From Moorena sp. SIO4A1 (lineage in GTDB: Bacteria; Cyanobacteriota; Cyanobacteriia; Cyanobacteriales; Coleofasciculaceae), in assembly GCF_010672065.1 (NCBI RefSeq), contig NZ_JAAHHX010000045.1, positions 1 to 53,264 of the forward strand: a stretch of 53,264 nucleotides of DNA. The letters run 5' to 3'. Shown here in pieces: positions 29,038 to 41,407 of this stretch. Position numbers and translations under genes: made by a program. The stretch's first letter is position 1; each line of letters starts with the position of its first letter. The notes under the pieces were generated by a model. The model was not told the origin of the DNA. It did not search any database and was given only the letters and a program-made list of their open reading frames with translations.

Positions 29038-29618
29038 GCATCCTTCGAGACCCGAATCCCCCGATTTCAGATAAATCCATACAGGAAGGCAATTTTTTTC
29101 AAACTAATTCTCAAAATAACTAGACACCCTTAGCAAAATACTATATACTATACAATAGTGGCATTATGACAGTTGCTTATTAAGCAACTGAATAGCTGCG
29201 TGTGCTGTGGGCTGAGAAATAGGTTCGAGGCAAGACAATATACACAGCATACCAGGCGTTTGTTTGGCATCAGGGCTAAAGTAGGTCAAAGACAGTTAGG
29301 TATAAACAACTCCCATCAGTTCTTGGGTCTGCTTTAGGTCAATCAGTGCTTACACTTTCGTGGATCAAGGGATACTGAGTCATTAACAACTTAAGTCCCA
29401 GCGAAGTCAGGCAAGTTTAATAGCCTTTTCTGACCAGTAAACGCAATTGAACGAGAATCTAGCTCGACCATCATGCCGAGCTAGATAAAAGTGGGCTCTC
29501 TGCTTATTTTTTGAGGAGAGGTTTATCCACTATAAATAGTGACCAGGTTTATAATGACCAGGTTTGTGGCACAAAGGGAATTCAGGTTTGTGAATATCCC
29601 TGCTGCCAGACTGCTGCA

Positions 29619-30275
29619 ATGTCTACAAAGGAGAAACCAGTGTCTGTCGGTATCCTCGGTACCAAACTCGGTATGACCCAAGTGTTCGATGATGAAGGAA
29701 GAGCGATTCCTGTAACCATCGTCCAAGCAGGGCCATGTACTGTGACCCAAATAAAAACTAACCAGACAGATGGCTACAATGCCATTCAAATTGGTTATGA
29801 CCAAGTCAAGCCAAAGGCAATTACTAAGCCTGAAATAGGACACTTGGCTAAATCTAGCGCCCCACCCTTACGCCACCTACGTGAGTACCGCGTGGATGAT
29901 ACCAGTAAGTTTGAACTGGGTCAGCCAGTCAATACCGATATGTTCAGTATTGGTCAAATTGTCGATGTCAGCGGTAAAACCATTGGTCGCGGGTTTGCGG
30001 GTTATCAGAAACGTCACAACTTCAGGCGAGGACCGATGGCTCATGGTTCCAAAAACCACCGCCTCCCAGGTTCCACTGGAGCAGGGACAACCCCTGGTCG
30101 TACCTATCCAGGTAAGAAAATGGCTGGTCGTTACGGCGGTACCAAGGTGACAATTCGCAAACTTGAGTTAGTCAAGATAGATGCAGAGCGCAATTTGCTA
30201 CTGATTAAAGGTGCAGTTCCCGGTAAACCAGGGACACTATTGAGCATTGCACCAACTAATAAAGTCGGACGTTAG
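29619..30275 (+). CDS. rplC: 50S ribosomal protein L3
   Basis: [17 protein letters not shown].. Start trimmed to ATG 29619. Confidence 0.9.
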   Translation: MSTKEKPVSVGILGTKLGMTQVFDDEGRAIPVTIVQAGPCTVTQIKTNQTDGYNAIQIGYDQVKPKAITKPEIGHLAKSSAPPLRHLREYRVDDTSKFELGQPVNTDMFSIGQIVDVSGKTIGRGFAGYQKRHNFRRGPMAHGSKNHRLPGSTGAGTTPGRTYPGKKMAGRYGGTKVTIRKLELVKIDAERNLLLIKGAVPGKPGTLLSIAPTNKVGR

Positions 30276-30418
30276 TCAGAACGAAAAAGCAATTAGCTCC
30301 CTCATCGTTAGGTGTAAGCCTGATGTATATGTAACTGTTTATTTTTACTACTAGCACTGAGTGCTGAAAAGCTAACAGCTAATTGCTAAATGCTTGGTCC
30401 CTAAGAAGGAGAGAACAA

Positions 30419-31051
30419 ATGGTAGATTGTTCAGTGCGAAACTGGCAAGGGGAAGAAGTAGGGCAGGCAACACTCCAGATGCGAGTTGCCAAAGAAGAAA
30501 ACGCTGCCCACATTGTTCACCGGTCACTGGTTAGACAAATGGCCAATGCTCGTCAAGGCAATGCTTGTACAAAAACTCGTTCCGAAGTTAGAGGTGGAGG
30601 ACGCAAACCTTGGCGACAAAAGGGAACCGGTCGTGCTCGTGCTGGTTCGAATCGTTCACCCCTATGGCGTGGTGGTGGTGTGATCTTTGGTCCGAAACCC
30701 AGAGACTATAGCCAGAAAATGAACCGCAAAGAGCGTCGCTTGGCTCTAAGAACAGCGTTTATGAGTCGAGCCGAGGATTTGATTGTGGTAGAGGAATTTG
30801 TTGAGCAACTACCACGACCCAAAACCAAGGATGTGGTGGCAGCAATTGGTCGGTGGGGAATTGAGCCTGAGTCAAAAGTTCTCATAATCCTAGCTCAGCC
30901 AGAAGAAAAGGTTTATTTGTCAGTCCGTAACCTAGCAACTGTCAAGTTGATTTATGCCACCAACTTGAATATCTATGATATCCTAGCCGCTGATAAAATC
31001 GTGACCACTAACACGGCTCTTACCAAAATTCAGGAGGTTTACAATGACTGA
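30419..31051 (+). CDS. rplD: 50S ribosomal protein L4
   Basis: ..[20 protein letters not shown].. SD AAGGAG 8 nt upstream of ATG 30419. Confidence 0.9.
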   Translation: MVDCSVRNWQGEEVGQATLQMRVAKEENAAHIVHRSLVRQMANARQGNACTKTRSEVRGGGRKPWRQKGTGRARAGSNRSPLWRGGGVIFGPKPRDYSQKMNRKERRLALRTAFMSRAEDLIVVEEFVEQLPRPKTKDVVAAIGRWGIEPESKVLIILAQPEEKVYLSVRNLATVKLIYATNLNIYDILAADKIVTTNTALTKIQEVYND

Positions 31052-31346
31052 GTATAACCCCCGTGACCTTGCTGATTTGGTGATTCGCCCAATTGTGACT
31101 GAGAAGGCGACCCTACTGATGGAGCAGAACAAGTATGTCTTTGATGTGATTATCAAAGCGACAAAGCCACAAATTAGAGCCGCGATTGAAAGTCTTTTTG
31201 AAGTGAAAGTGGTGGCAGTAAATACCCTACGTCCGCCACGTAAAAAGCGTCGAGTGGGAAGATTTGTAGGTTACAAACCCCAGTACAAACGGGCGATTGT
31301 TACCCTAGCTCCAGGAGATTCCATTACTCTATTCCCAGACGTATAA
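31044..31346 (+). CDS. rplW: 50S ribosomal protein L23
   Basis: 100 aa, overlaps the rplD stop. Confidence 0.95.
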   Translation: MTEYNPRDLADLVIRPIVTEKATLLMEQNKYVFDVIIKATKPQIRAAIESLFEVKVVAVNTLRPPRKKRRVGRFVGYKPQYKRAIVTLAPGDSITLFPDV

Positions 31347-31455
31347 AACTGGCTAATTGCTAAATGCTAATTATTAATTTGGTTAATTGCCAATTGGTAG
31401 ATTGTCAATTGTTAAGACAAACTAGTCAAGACAAACTAATTAAAAAATACTTGTT

Positions 31456-32319
31456 ATGGGCATCCGTAGCTATAGACCATACACCCCAGGCACTCGTCAG
31501 GGTACTGTCTCAGACTTCGCTGAGATTACTCGGACTGAGCCAGAAAAATCCCTAACCAAGTCTAAGCATCGTAAAAAAGGTCGCAATAATCGCGGTGTTA
31601 TTACCTGTCGCCATCGCGGTGGCGGACATAAGCGTCTATACAGGGTAATTGACTTCCGCCGGGATAAGCACAATATTCCAGCAAAAGTGGCAGCAATTGA
31701 GTATGACCCCAATCGGAATGCTAGGATTGCGCTCCTCTACTATCAAGATGGGGAAAAGCGATATATCTTGCATCCTGTGGGTTTGGAAGTGGGGTCAAGC
31801 ATCATATCTGGGCCTGACTCTCCCATCGAAATAGGCAATGCCTTGCCCCTAAAGGATATTCCCTTAGGCACAAACGTGCATAACGTTGAACTGATCCCAG
31901 GGCGAGGAGCACAGATTGTTCGTGCTGCCGGGGCAACTGCTCAAGTGCAAGCAAAAGAAGGTGACTATGTCACCCTAAAGCTGCCCTCTAGTGAAGTCAG
32001 GATGTTGCGTAAAGAATGCTACGCCACTATTGGACAGGTCGGTAATGTTGAAGCGAGAAACTTGAGTTTAGGCAAAGCTGGTCGCAATCGACATAGAGGC
32101 CGTCGTCCCCAAGTACGGGGCAGTGTAATGAACCCGGTAGATCACCCCCATGGCGGTGGTGAGGGTAGAGCTCCGATTGGTAGAAGTGGTCCAGTAACCC
32201 CCTGGGGTAAACCAGCCTTGGGAGCCAAAACTCGTAAGGTCAAAAAGCAAAGTAGTTCTTTAATTGTCCGGCGTAGGCGGAAATCCTCGAAGCGAGGGCG
32301 CGGCGGTCGCGATTCTTAA
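31456..32319 (+). CDS. rplB: 50S ribosomal protein L2
   Basis: [15 protein letters not shown].., 287 aa. Confidence 0.95.
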   Translation: MGIRSYRPYTPGTRQGTVSDFAEITRTEPEKSLTKSKHRKKGRNNRGVITCRHRGGGHKRLYRVIDFRRDKHNIPAKVAAIEYDPNRNARIALLYYQDGEKRYILHPVGLEVGSSIISGPDSPIEIGNALPLKDIPLGTNVHNVELIPGRGAQIVRAAGATAQVQAKEGDYVTLKLPSSEVRMLRKECYATIGQVGNVEARNLSLGKAGRNRHRGRRPQVRGSVMNPVDHPHGGGEGRAPIGRSGPVTPWGKPALGAKTRKVKKQSSSLIVRRRRKSSKRGRGGRDS

Positions 32320-32430
32320 GGAGTTGAACGTTAAAGTTAGCAGGTTAAAGGTTGTAACTAGCAACTACTAACTACAAACTAGCAACTATTAACTACCAAC
32401 TAACAACTAAAAACTAACGAGCGTTGAATT

Positions 32431-32706
32431 ATGGGTCGTTCATTAAAAAAAGGTCCTTTTATAGCCGATAGTCTTCTGACTAAGATTGAAACCTTGAATG
32501 CTAAAGGCCAAAAACAGGTGATTAAAACCTGGTCAAGAGCCTCAACCATTGTGCCGCAGATGGTAGGTCACACCATTGCCGTTCATAACGGGCGGACACA
32601 TGTACCAGTTTTTATCAATGAGCAGATGGTAGGTCATAAGCTGGGCGAATTTGCCCCGACTCGAACATTTCGGGGACATGTTAAGGATGGTAAGGCCCGT
32701 CGTTAA
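32431..32706 (+). CDS. rpsS: 30S ribosomal protein S19
   Basis: [27 protein letters not shown]. Confidence 0.95.
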   Translation: MGRSLKKGPFIADSLLTKIETLNAKGQKQVIKTWSRASTIVPQMVGHTIAVHNGRTHVPVFINEQMVGHKLGEFAPTRTFRGHVKDGKARR

Positions 32707-32756
32707 AGTGATTAGTTCAGTAGTTAGTAGCTATAAAGAAAGCAAATGATGGAACG

Positions 32757-33116
32757 ATGGCGATAGACACTACAGCAGAAACTAAAGCGATCGCACGCTA
32801 CATTCGAATGTCTCCAAGTAAGGTCAGGCGAGTACTTGACCAAATTCGAGGGCGTTCCTATCGGGAAGCTCTGATCATTCTGGAATTCATGCCCTACCGG
32901 GCTTGCCAACCAGTATTGAAAGTACTACGCTCCGCTGTTGCCAATGCTGAACACAATTCAGGTATTGACCCGGCTAGCTTATACATCACTAAAGCTTTTG
33001 CGGATATGGGACCAAGCTTGAAGCGATATCGACCAAGGGCTCAAGGTCGTGCTTATCAGATTCGCAAGCCAACCTGTCATATCACAGTGGCTGTTTCTCC
33101 AGAAGTAGATGATTAG
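32757..33116 (+). CDS. rplV: 50S ribosomal protein L22
   Basis: 119 aa, ..[23 protein letters not shown].. Confidence 0.95.
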   Translation: MAIDTTAETKAIARYIRMSPSKVRRVLDQIRGRSYREALIILEFMPYRACQPVLKVLRSAVANAEHNSGIDPASLYITKAFADMGPSLKRYRPRAQGRAYQIRKPTCHITVAVSPEVDD

Positions 33117-33192
33117 TTAGTGAGTTAATTGAGAATTACCAAGGGCAAACACTAATAGCGCTATGGCTCGATAATAGGGAAAGAAAAGAACA

Positions 33193-33918
33193 GTGGGACA
33201 GAAAATACATCCAATTGGTTTTCGGCTAGGTATCACGCAAGAGCATCGCTCTCGCTGGTTTGCCGACTCAAAGCGTTATCCGCTTCTGTTGCAGGAAGAC
33301 TACCAAATCAGACAATATGTTGAGAAAAACCTCAATAATGCTGGAATTTCTGACATCCGGATTGAGCGCAAAGCTGACCAGATTGATTTAGAAATTCATA
33401 CAGCTCGACCTGGGGTAGTTGTTGGTCGTGGTGGCAGTGGTATTGAGTCTTTGCGTGTCGGTCTGCAAAAAGCCCTGCACAACAGTCGTCAAATTCGCAT
33501 CAACGTTGTAGAAGTATCGCGGGTGGATGCAGATGCTACCCTAATTGCCGAGTACATTGCCCAACAACTAGAGCGCCGAGTTTCCTTCAGACGAGTGGTT
33601 CGTCAAGCAATTCAGCGGGCTCAGCGGGCTGATGTCCAAGGCATTAAAGTTCAGGTAGGTGGTCGGTTAAATGGAGCTGAAATTGCCCGAAGCGAGTGGA
33701 CTCGTGAAGGACGAGTTCCCCTCCATACCCTCCGGGCAAATATTGACTATTCCTACAAAACGGCTCAAACCATTTATGGAATTTTGGGCATTAAAGTTTG
33801 GGTGTTCAAAGGGGAAGTGATTCCCGGTCAAGAAGAAAAGCCTACCCCTAACACAGCTCAACCTCGTCGCCGTCAGCCAAAACGCCGCCAGCAGTTTGAA
33901 GACCGGTCAAATGACTAG
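33193..33918 (+). CDS. rpsC: 30S ribosomal protein S3
   Basis: GTG start, [15 protein letters not shown]..; KH domain. Confidence 0.95.
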   Translation: MGQKIHPIGFRLGITQEHRSRWFADSKRYPLLLQEDYQIRQYVEKNLNNAGISDIRIERKADQIDLEIHTARPGVVVGRGGSGIESLRVGLQKALHNSRQIRINVVEVSRVDADATLIAEYIAQQLERRVSFRRVVRQAIQRAQRADVQGIKVQVGGRLNGAEIARSEWTREGRVPLHTLRANIDYSYKTAQTIYGILGIKVWVFKGEVIPGQEEKPTPNTAQPRRRQPKRRQQFEDRSND

Positions 33919-34003
33919 TTACTAATGACTAGTCATTTTAAAATTGCTTGCTTGTTAATTGTCAGTTTTCAGTTTTCGATTTTCAATTAACAAAGAACAA
34001 ATT

Positions 34004-34423
34004 ATGTTAAGTCCAAAAAGAACAAAATTTCGCAAACAGCACCGGGGAAGAATGAAGGGTATGGCCACTCGTGGCAGTACCATTAACTTTGGTGATTATG
34101 CGCTGCAAGCCACAGAACCAGCTTGGATTACCTCCCGCCAAATCGAAGCAGGTCGTCGGGCAATGACCCGCTACGTTCGTCGTGGTGGCAAAATCTGGAT
34201 TCGAATTTTCCCAGATAAACCAGTCACCATGCGTCCAGCAGAAACTCGTATGGGTTCTGGAAAAGGTTCCCCAGAGTTTTGGGTAGCAGTAGTTAAACCC
34301 GGTCGGATTATCTATGAAATCGCTGGGGTAAGCGAAGAGGTTGCTCGCGAAGCCATGCGTCTGGCTGCTAACAAATTTCCGATTAAATTGAAGTTCATTT
34401 CTCGTGAAGGGGAACAGGTATAA
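34004..34423 (+). CDS. rplP: 50S ribosomal protein L16
   Basis: [19 protein letters not shown].. Start trimmed to ATG 34004. Confidence 0.95.
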   Translation: MLSPKRTKFRKQHRGRMKGMATRGSTINFGDYALQATEPAWITSRQIEAGRRAMTRYVRRGGKIWIRIFPDKPVTMRPAETRMGSGKGSPEFWVAVVKPGRIIYEIAGVSEEVAREAMRLAANKFPIKLKFISREGEQV

Positions 34424-34426
34424 GCT

Positions 34427-34708
34427 ATGGCTCTGCCCAAGATAGAAGATGCTAGAAGCCTGAGCGATGCCGAACTGGAGCAGGAAATTTTAGCAGCTAA
34501 GCGTCAGTTGTTTGACTTGCGCCTGCAAAAGGCAACCAAACGCTTAGAAAAACCTCACCAGTTTAAGCATCTGAAGCACCGAATCGCTCAGCTAATGACA
34601 GTAGAACGAGAACGCCAACTCGCTCAGAAAGAATCAACAGATACCTCACAAAGTGATACCCCACAATCAGAAGAAAGTGATACCCCACAATCAGAATCAG
34701 ACGAATAG
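34427..34708 (+). CDS. rpmC: 50S ribosomal protein L29 with unusual acidic C-terminal tail
   Basis: L29 core ..[23 protein letters not shown].. plus a ~25-aa tail containing tandem SDTPQSE(E)SDTPQSE. Confidence 0.9.
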   Translation: MALPKIEDARSLSDAELEQEILAAKRQLFDLRLQKATKRLEKPHQFKHLKHRIAQLMTVERERQLAQKESTDTSQSDTPQSEESDTPQSESDE

Positions 34709-34716
34709 GAAAGATT

Positions 34717-34965
34717 ATGGCAGCAAAAGAGAGAGTTGGCCTGGTGGTCAGCGACAAAATGGACAAAACTGTGGTGGTGGCTATTGAAAATCGGTCTCCC
34801 CACCCAAAGTACGGCAAAATTGTTGTGCGTACCAAGCGATACAAAGCTCATGATGAGGAAAATAAATGTAAAGAAGGCGATCGCGTTCGGATTAGAGAAA
34901 CACGACCACTGAGTCGTACCAAACGCTGGATGGTTGCTGAAATCGTCAGTAGTTCCTCAAAATAG
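34717..34965 (+). CDS. rpsQ: 30S ribosomal protein S17
   Basis: 82 aa. Confidence 0.95.
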   Translation: MAAKERVGLVVSDKMDKTVVVAIENRSPHPKYGKIVVRTKRYKAHDEENKCKEGDRVRIRETRPLSRTKRWMVAEIVSSSSK

Positions 34966-35116
34966 CGAGTTAACCATAGTCGATGTGGGTTCTCCACGAC
35001 CTACAAATGTGCGTGAGATCTCGGAAGAAAATCCTTTCGGAATTGGAAACTTACCAAGGTTTAACTCATAACTCGTTTAACTCATAACTGATTACTCTAT
35101 TAGAGGAGGAACACTG

Positions 35117-35485
35117 ATGATTCAACAAGAGAGCTACCTAAACGTTGCTGACAACAGTGGAGCCAGAAAAATAATGTGCATCCGCGTTATTGGTGCTGGA
35201 AATCGGCGCTACGGTGGTGTGGGTGATGTAATTATTGGTGTGGTCAAAGATGCCATTCCAAATATGGGGGTCAAAAAGTCAGATGTAGTTAGGGCTGTGA
35301 TTGTGCGCACCCGCAAGGGCCTACGTCGGGAAAGCGGTATGAGTATTCGCTTTGATGACAACGCAGCAGTAATCATAAACGCAGATGGTAATCCCAGAGG
35401 TACCCGTGTTTTTGGCCCTGTAGCGCGGGAACTGCGAGAGAAAAACTTCACAAAAATTATATCCCTTGCTCCGGAGGTGCTCTGA
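35117..35485 (+). CDS. rplN: 50S ribosomal protein L14
   Basis: [18 protein letters not shown].. Confidence 0.95.
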   Translation: MIQQESYLNVADNSGARKIMCIRVIGAGNRRYGGVGDVIIGVVKDAIPNMGVKKSDVVRAVIVRTRKGLRRESGMSIRFDDNAAVIINADGNPRGTRVFGPVARELREKNFTKIISLAPEVL

Positions 35486-35847
35486 TGGCAAGTAAACGCA
35501 AGAAGGCACAAAAAGATACCCCATTACGCTACAAAATGCACGTTAAAAAGGGCGACACGGTACAAGTGATTGCCGGTCGAGATAAAGGCAAAATTGGAGA
35601 AATCTTGCGGACGCTACCCAAAATTAGCAAGGTAGTAGTCAAAGGAGTTAACGTCAAAACTAAGCATGTCAAGCCTCAACAGGAAGGTGAGAAAGGTCAA
35701 ATTGCTACGTTTGAAGCTCCAATCCATAGCTCCAACGTTATGCTTTACTCGAATAAAGAAAAAATTGCCAGCCGCATCTGCTATACCTTTACCGATGAGG
35801 GTCGTAAGGTGCGGATGCTCAAAAAAACTGGTGAGATTATTGACTAA
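35485..35847 (+). CDS. rplX: 50S ribosomal protein L24
   Basis: KOW motif, ATGA overlap with the rplN stop. Confidence 0.95.
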   Translation: MASKRKKAQKDTPLRYKMHVKKGDTVQVIAGRDKGKIGEILRTLPKISKVVVKGVNVKTKHVKPQQEGEKGQIATFEAPIHSSNVMLYSNKEKIASRICYTFTDEGRKVRMLKKTGEIID

Positions 35848-36003
35848 TTAGTCCCTAGTCCTTAATCCTTAGTCCTCAGTAATCAAAAAAGTAACAAAAA
35901 AATTACTATTGGCAGTTACTAATGGCTAATGGTCAATGACCAATGACTAATAACTAATCACAATTGCCCTGACCAAGCCCAGGGAAATCAAAGGAAAAAA
36001 ACT

Positions 36004-36549
36004 ATGACAAAAGGGTTAAAAATCCTATACCAGGAAACAATAGTCCCCAAATTAAAAGAGCAATTCGGTTACAAAAACATTCATCAAGTACCGAAATTAG
36101 TCAAAGTTAGTCTTAACCGAGGATTAGGAGAGGCATCTCAAAATGCCAAGGCTCTGGAATCGTCGGTAAGCGAAATTGCGATCATCACTGGTCAAAAACC
36201 GGTGGTCACACGAGCAAAACAAGCGATCGCGGGTTTTAAAATCCGTGCTGGGATGCCTGTTGGTGTCACGGTTACCCTCCGTTCAGAGCGTATGTACTCC
36301 TTTCTAGAGCGGCTAATTAACTTAGCCCTACCAAGAATTCGGGACTTTCGGGGTCTTAGCCCTAGAAGCTTTGACGGTCGTGGTAACTACACTCTTGGGG
36401 TGCGAGAGCAACTCATTTTTCCAGAAGTAGACTACGACAGCATCGATCAGATTCGTGGTATGGATATTACCATAGTCACCACTGCCAACACTGACGAAGA
36501 AGGTCGCGCCTTACTCAAAGAGATGGGAATGCCTTTCCGGGAGAAATAA
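36004..36549 (+). CDS. rplE: 50S ribosomal protein L5
   Basis: 181 aa. Confidence 0.95.
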   Translation: MTKGLKILYQETIVPKLKEQFGYKNIHQVPKLVKVSLNRGLGEASQNAKALESSVSEIAIITGQKPVVTRAKQAIAGFKIRAGMPVGVTVTLRSERMYSFLERLINLALPRIRDFRGLSPRSFDGRGNYTLGVREQLIFPEVDYDSIDQIRGMDITIVTTANTDEEGRALLKEMGMPFREK

Positions 36550-36572
36550 GCCTGTAATCATAGGAAGGAACA

Positions 36573-36974
36573 ATGCCGGCAAACGACACAATTGCAGATA
36601 TGCTGACCCGCATTAGAAATGCCTGCTTGGTTCGGCATCAAACAACAAATGTACAATCAACTAAAATGACCCGGGCGATTGCCCAAGTACTCAAAGAAGA
36701 AGGCTTTATTACTGATTTTGAGGAAGCAGGCGAAGGGGTCAAAAGATACTTAGTTGTTTCCCTAAAATACAAGGGCAACAATCGCAAACCAATTATCAGA
36801 GCCCTGAAGCGGGTGAGTAAACCGGGATTGCGAGTTTACTCCAACCGTAAAGAACTGCCAAGAGTCTTGGGAGGGATTGGGATTGCTATTATCTCTACTT
36901 CTAATGGCATCATGACCGACAGGGAAGCAAGGCGTCGGGGAATTGGTGGTGAAGTTCTGTGTTACGTATGGTAA
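36573..36974 (+). CDS. rpsH: 30S ribosomal protein S8
   Basis: 133 aa. Confidence 0.95.
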   Translation: MPANDTIADMLTRIRNACLVRHQTTNVQSTKMTRAIAQVLKEEGFITDFEEAGEGVKRYLVVSLKYKGNNRKPIIRALKRVSKPGLRVYSNRKELPRVLGGIGIAIISTSNGIMTDREARRRGIGGEVLCYVW

Positions 36975-37174
36975 ACGATGAAGCATGAAGGATGAAGGAT
37001 ATACTAAGAGCCGTCAGCTGACGCGCTACTTAAAAATCTAGGCTTGCCAGCTATCAGCTGAAAGCCCCTGTAGCTTAGAGCATCAGTTCGAGCAGCCAGA
37101 TCAGTATATGCCCAACGGTTCGATAACAACCTAGGATTGATCGGATTAGCTGATTAACCAATTCATGACATGGT

Positions 37175-37218
37175 TCATACTTCATACTTCATACTTCATA
37201 CTTCATAGTTCATACTTC
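37175..37218. repeat. STRR-like heptamer array (CATACTT x6) inside the rpsH-rplF spacer
   Basis: Direct reading. Confidence 0.9.
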
Positions 37219-37239
37219 TTTAGTTAGGAGGATTATTTT

Positions 37240-37779
37240 ATGTCACGTATTGGCAAGCGCCCTATACCAATTCCCAGTAAAGTTACTGTAACAATAGACG
37301 GTCAACAGGTTAAGGTCAAAGGTTCCAAAGGTGAACTGGATTGGGTTTTGCCAGATACAATTAAAGCTGAGCAAGTTGGTGAAACTGTAGAGGTTTCCCG
37401 GCGCGAAGAAACCCGAACCGCCCGTGAAAGTCATGGTTTGTCTCGTACTCTGGTTGCCAACATGATTGAGGGAGTCTCCAAAGGCTTTGAAAAACGTTTG
37501 GACATTCAGGGAGTCGGTTATCGAGCTCAAGTGAAAGGTCGAAATCTAATTTTAAACGTTGGTTACAGCCAGCCAGTGGAGATCGTTCCTCCTGAGGGGA
37601 TTGAAGTCAAAGTTGAAAACAACACCAACGTGATTGTCAGTGGCATCAACAAAGAAGTTGTAGGCAACACAGCTGCAAAAATTCGTGCAGTTCGACCCCC
37701 AGAAGTCTATAAAGGTAAAGGCATTCGATATGCCGGTGAAGTAGTCAGACGTAAAGCTGGTAAAGCAGGTAAGAAGTAA
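37240..37779 (+). CDS. rplF: 50S ribosomal protein L6
   Basis: 179 aa, SD AGGAGG upstream. Confidence 0.95.
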   Translation: MSRIGKRPIPIPSKVTVTIDGQQVKVKGSKGELDWVLPDTIKAEQVGETVEVSRREETRTARESHGLSRTLVANMIEGVSKGFEKRLDIQGVGYRAQVKGRNLILNVGYSQPVEIVPPEGIEVKVENNTNVIVSGINKEVVGNTAAKIRAVRPPEVYKGKGIRYAGEVVRRKAGKAGKK

Positions 37780-37782
37780 ACT

Positions 37783-38145
37783 ATGAAACTTACTCGAAAA
37801 GAATCTATACGACACAGACATAGGCGGGTACGCCGGAAAGTCAGTGGTACTGCTGAACGCCCAAGATTAGCTGTATTTCGCTCTAATGAGCACATTTATG
37901 TGCAAGTTATCGATGACAATCAGCAACATACCATAGTGGCAGCTTCAACGTTAGAACCAGCTCTGAGATCTGAACTCAAATCTGGAGCCACTTGTGAAGC
38001 CTCAGCTAAAGTGGGTCAGTTGGTGGCCCAGCGAGCACTAGAAAAAGGTCTCAAGAAAGTGGTCTTTGACCGTGGGGGATACCTATATCATGGTCGTGTC
38101 AAAGCTTTAGCAGAAGCTGCTCGTGAAGCAGGGCTAGATTTTTAG
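37783..38145 (+). CDS. rplR: 50S ribosomal protein L18
   Basis: 120 aa. Confidence 0.95.
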   Translation: MKLTRKESIRHRHRRVRRKVSGTAERPRLAVFRSNEHIYVQVIDDNQQHTIVAASTLEPALRSELKSGATCEASAKVGQLVAQRALEKGLKKVVFDRGGYLYHGRVKALAEAAREAGLDF

Positions 38146-38260
38146 TAAATGCTAATTAAAAATTGAGAACTGACAATTGCAATTAGTTAAGAGTTAGCAG
38201 CGATAAATTAGCTAATCTTTGATTACTTACTATCATTCATGATTTAATCTATAGCGAACT

Positions 38261-38782
38261 ATGGCAAATCGGAGAAAAAACAACCGCTCTAAAGAAAAAG
38301 AAAGTAATTGGCAAGAGCGGGTTATCCAAATCCGCCGCGTTAGTAAGGTGGTCAAAGGGGGCAAAAAATTGAGCTTCCGCGCCATCGTAGTTGTAGGTAA
38401 TGAAAAAGGTCAAGTGGGGGTTGGTGTAGGCAAAGCCAGTGATGTAATTGGTGCTGTCCGTAAAGGAGTTGCTGATGCTAAAAAGCAACTCATTGATGTA
38501 CCCTTAACCAAAACTAATTCCATTCCTCACCCATCTAGAGGTAGGGCTGTAGGAGCCAAAGTGATCATGCGACCTGCTGCTCCAGGAACTGGGGTGATTG
38601 CTGGTGGTGCTGTGCGCACAGTACTTGAGTTAGCTGGAGTTAAAAATGTCTTAGCTAAACAGCTTGGTTCCAATAACCCCCTCAATAATGCTAGAGCAGC
38701 AATCAACTCTCTTGATTCCCTGCGCACATTTTCAGAGGTGGCTCAAGAACGAGATATTCCCCTTGAACAAATCTATGCATAA
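38261..38782 (+). CDS. rpsE: 30S ribosomal protein S5
   Basis: 173 aa. Confidence 0.95.
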   Translation: MANRRKNNRSKEKESNWQERVIQIRRVSKVVKGGKKLSFRAIVVVGNEKGQVGVGVGKASDVIGAVRKGVADAKKQLIDVPLTKTNSIPHPSRGRAVGAKVIMRPAAPGTGVIAGGAVRTVLELAGVKNVLAKQLGSNNPLNNARAAINSLDSLRTFSEVAQERDIPLEQIYA

Positions 38783-38884
38783 ATTAAAAACCAGGTAGGT
38801 AGAAATAAAAGTAATATGCTCAAGGTTGACGGTTTAGCGTCAGCCGTCAATCAAAAAAAAACATTTTTATCCTTACAAAAAACG

Positions 38885-39334
38885 ATGAGAATCAATGATG
38901 CAGTCCCCAAACAAGGCTCCAAAAAGCGCCGACGCCGTGTAGGTCGTGGCATTGCTGCTGGTCAAGGGGCTAGCTGCGGTTTTGGAATGCGTGGTCAAAA
39001 ATCCCGTTCAGGTCGAGGGACAAGACCTGGTTTTGAAGGGGGTCAGATGCCCTTATATCGCCGTATTCCCAAGTTAAAACACTTTACGGTCATTAACCCC
39101 AAACATTACACTACAATCAACGTAGGTAAGTTGGCATCACTTCCCGCCAATACTGAGGTAACTTTGGAATCCTTGTTGGAGACAGGTTTGGTCACCACCA
39201 ATGATGGTCCATTGAAACTACTCGGTGATGGGGAGCTGAATGTGCCACTCAATATCAAAGCTGCTGCCTTTACAAGTGGTGCCCGCCAAAAAATCGAGGC
39301 GGCTGGTGGCAGCTGGGAAGTTATAGCTAAGTAA
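38885..39334 (+). CDS. rplO: 50S ribosomal protein L15
   Basis: [22 protein letters not shown].. Start trimmed to ATG 38885. Confidence 0.9.
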   Translation: MRINDAVPKQGSKKRRRRVGRGIAAGQGASCGFGMRGQKSRSGRGTRPGFEGGQMPLYRRIPKLKHFTVINPKHYTTINVGKLASLPANTEVTLESLLETGLVTTNDGPLKLLGDGELNVPLNIKAAAFTSGARQKIEAAGGSWEVIAK

Positions 39335-39378
39335 CCCCTTTAGCCCTTATGCTCCTGTATCTTCAAGAGGTACCTTAA

Positions 39379-40719
39379 ATGACTGTCAGTCGAGACAAAG
39401 CCCCAACTGCTCAAGAGACGTTTATGCAAATGGCTCAAGCGGCTGGCCTTAGAGGTCGGCTGCTTGTCACCGTTGGTTTGTTGATTTTAGCCCGCTTGGG
39501 TGTCTTTCTTCCTGTACCAGGAATTGATCGAGCCAGATTTTCAGCAGAACTGCAGAATAGCCCCTTTGTCGGTCTTTTAGACTTTTTCTCTGGTGGTGGT
39601 TTTTCCGCCCTAGGGATTTTTGCCTTGGGAATTTTGCCTTATATTAATGCTTCGATTATCCTACAACTGCTAACCGCAGCAATTCCTGCTTTAGAAAATT
39701 TGCAGAAAAATGAAGGTGAAGCAGGGCGTCGAAAAATCGGTCAGATTACCCGTTATGTTGCCCTAGGCTGGTCTGTGATTCAAAGTATTGGCTTATCGTT
39801 GTGGGCACAGCGGTTTGCTGTTGAACCAGGCGCATTCTTCGTGTTTGAAACTGTCCTTGCCCTCACGGCTGGCTCTATGTTCGTGATGTGGTTATCAGAG
39901 TTAATTACTGAACGAGGCATTGGCAACGGAGCTTCACTGTTGATTTTTGTCAATATTGTTGCTGTTTTGCCCCGCACCTTGGGTCAAACCATTGAACTGG
40001 CTCAGACCGGGGGTCGAGAAACCGTGGGTAAGGTAATTGTGCTGCTGTTAGTTTTCCTAGTCATGATTGTCGGTATTGTATTTGTGCAAGAAGGCAGCCG
40101 ACGCATTCCGATTATTACTGCCAGACGTCAAGTTGGTAAGCGCCTTTACCGGGAGCGGAAAAATTATTTGCCCCTAAGGCTAAACCAAGGTGGCGTGATG
40201 CCAATTATCTTTGCCTCAGCCGTCTTAATCCTACCCACATCTCTAGCTGGAATAACTAGTGGCGATAATAGCAATGGATTGTTAGCCCCAATCAATCAAG
40301 TCCTAATTCAGATTGCCAATTATCTCAACCCCAATGGTCAAACTCCTTGGGTCTATGTTGCTGTCTATTTAGTGTTGATTTTGTTCTTTAGCTACTTCTA
40401 CGCCTCCCTGATTATCAACCCAGTAGATATGTCCCAGAATTTGAAGAAAATGGGGGCAAGTATCCCTGGTATTCGACCAGGAAGAGCTACCAGTGAATAT
40501 ATAGAGAGAGTTTTGAACCGACTGACCTTATTAGGAGCAATTTTCCTAGGACTGGTAGCTGTAGTACCAACTGCAGTCGAAAGCGCCACTGGTGTAACCA
40601 CATTTAGAGGATTAGGTGCCACATCGTTGCTGATTTTGGTGGGAGTTGCCATCGATACAGCCAAGCAAATTCAAACCTACGTGATTTCCCAGCGTTACGA
40701 AGGTATGGTCAAGCAGTAA
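39379..40719 (+). CDS. secY: preprotein translocase subunit SecY
   Basis: 446 aa, 10 TM helices. Confidence 0.95.
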   Translation: MTVSRDKAPTAQETFMQMAQAAGLRGRLLVTVGLLILARLGVFLPVPGIDRARFSAELQNSPFVGLLDFFSGGGFSALGIFALGILPYINASIILQLLTAAIPALENLQKNEGEAGRRKIGQITRYVALGWSVIQSIGLSLWAQRFAVEPGAFFVFETVLALTAGSMFVMWLSELITERGIGNGASLLIFVNIVAVLPRTLGQTIELAQTGGRETVGKVIVLLLVFLVMIVGIVFVQEGSRRIPIITARRQVGKRLYRERKNYLPLRLNQGGVMPIIFASAVLILPTSLAGITSGDNSNGLLAPINQVLIQIANYLNPNGQTPWVYVAVYLVLILFFSYFYASLIINPVDMSQNLKKMGASIPGIRPGRATSEYIERVLNRLTLLGAIFLGLVAVVPTAVESATGVTTFRGLGATSLLILVGVAIDTAKQIQTYVISQRYEGMVKQ

Positions 40720-40776
40720 AATCATTGGGCTTTGGAAGCAGCAGCTTTTTTCGGTGAATGAACCTCAAATTTTCGG

Positions 40777-40820
40777 GTCAGTTGGTTTTTGTTCATTACC
40801 TAGGACAAAAACCAACTGAC
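40777..40820. repeat. Perfect 16-bp inverted repeat (GTCAGTTGGTTTTTGT / ACAAAAACCAACTGAC, 12-nt loop) in the secY-adk spacer
   Basis: Direct reading; potential RNA hairpin / processing or attenuation site. Confidence 0.8.
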
Positions 40821-40843
40821 ACATCACCCATGACACATGACAC

Positions 40844-41407
40844 ATGAAAAGATTAATCTTTTTAGGACCTCCAGGAGCAGGTAAAGGAACTCAAGCCAAA
40901 ATTGTGGCTGAACAACTAGGGATTCCTCACATTTCAACCGGGGAAATTTTGCGAGGTGCTGTTAGTGCTCAAACCCTCCTGGGTCAAAAAGCTCAGTCCT
41001 ATATGGATAAGGGAGAATTGGTGCCTGACGAGTTGCTCATAGATCTGATCCGCGATCGCCTAAATCAACCCGATGCTCAAAAGGGTTGGATATTAGACGG
41101 TTTTCCCCGTAACGTCAGCCAAGCCCATTTCTTGAATGACCTGTTGCAGGAGCTTGACCAAACTTTGGATGGTGCCATCAACCTGGAAGTTCCAGATCAG
41201 GTTTTGATCGACAGACTATTGGAAAGGGGTCGTAAGGAGGGACGTACAGATGATAATGAGGAAACTATCCGCACACGTCTTGAGGTCTATAACCATCAAA
41301 CAGCTCCTTTGGTGGAATTTTACCGAGAACACTCAGCTTTAAAATCGATTAATGGTGATCTCTCCTTAGAGCAAGTCACAGAATCGATTAAACAGGTTCT
41401 AGGGTAA
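40844..41407 (+). CDS. adk: adenylate kinase
   Basis: P-loop [10 protein letters not shown]. Confidence 0.95.
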   Translation: MKRLIFLGPPGAGKGTQAKIVAEQLGIPHISTGEILRGAVSAQTLLGQKAQSYMDKGELVPDELLIDLIRDRLNQPDAQKGWILDGFPRNVSQAHFLNDLLQELDQTLDGAINLEVPDQVLIDRLLERGRKEGRTDDNEETIRTRLEVYNHQTAPLVEFYREHSALKSINGDLSLEQVTESIKQVLG

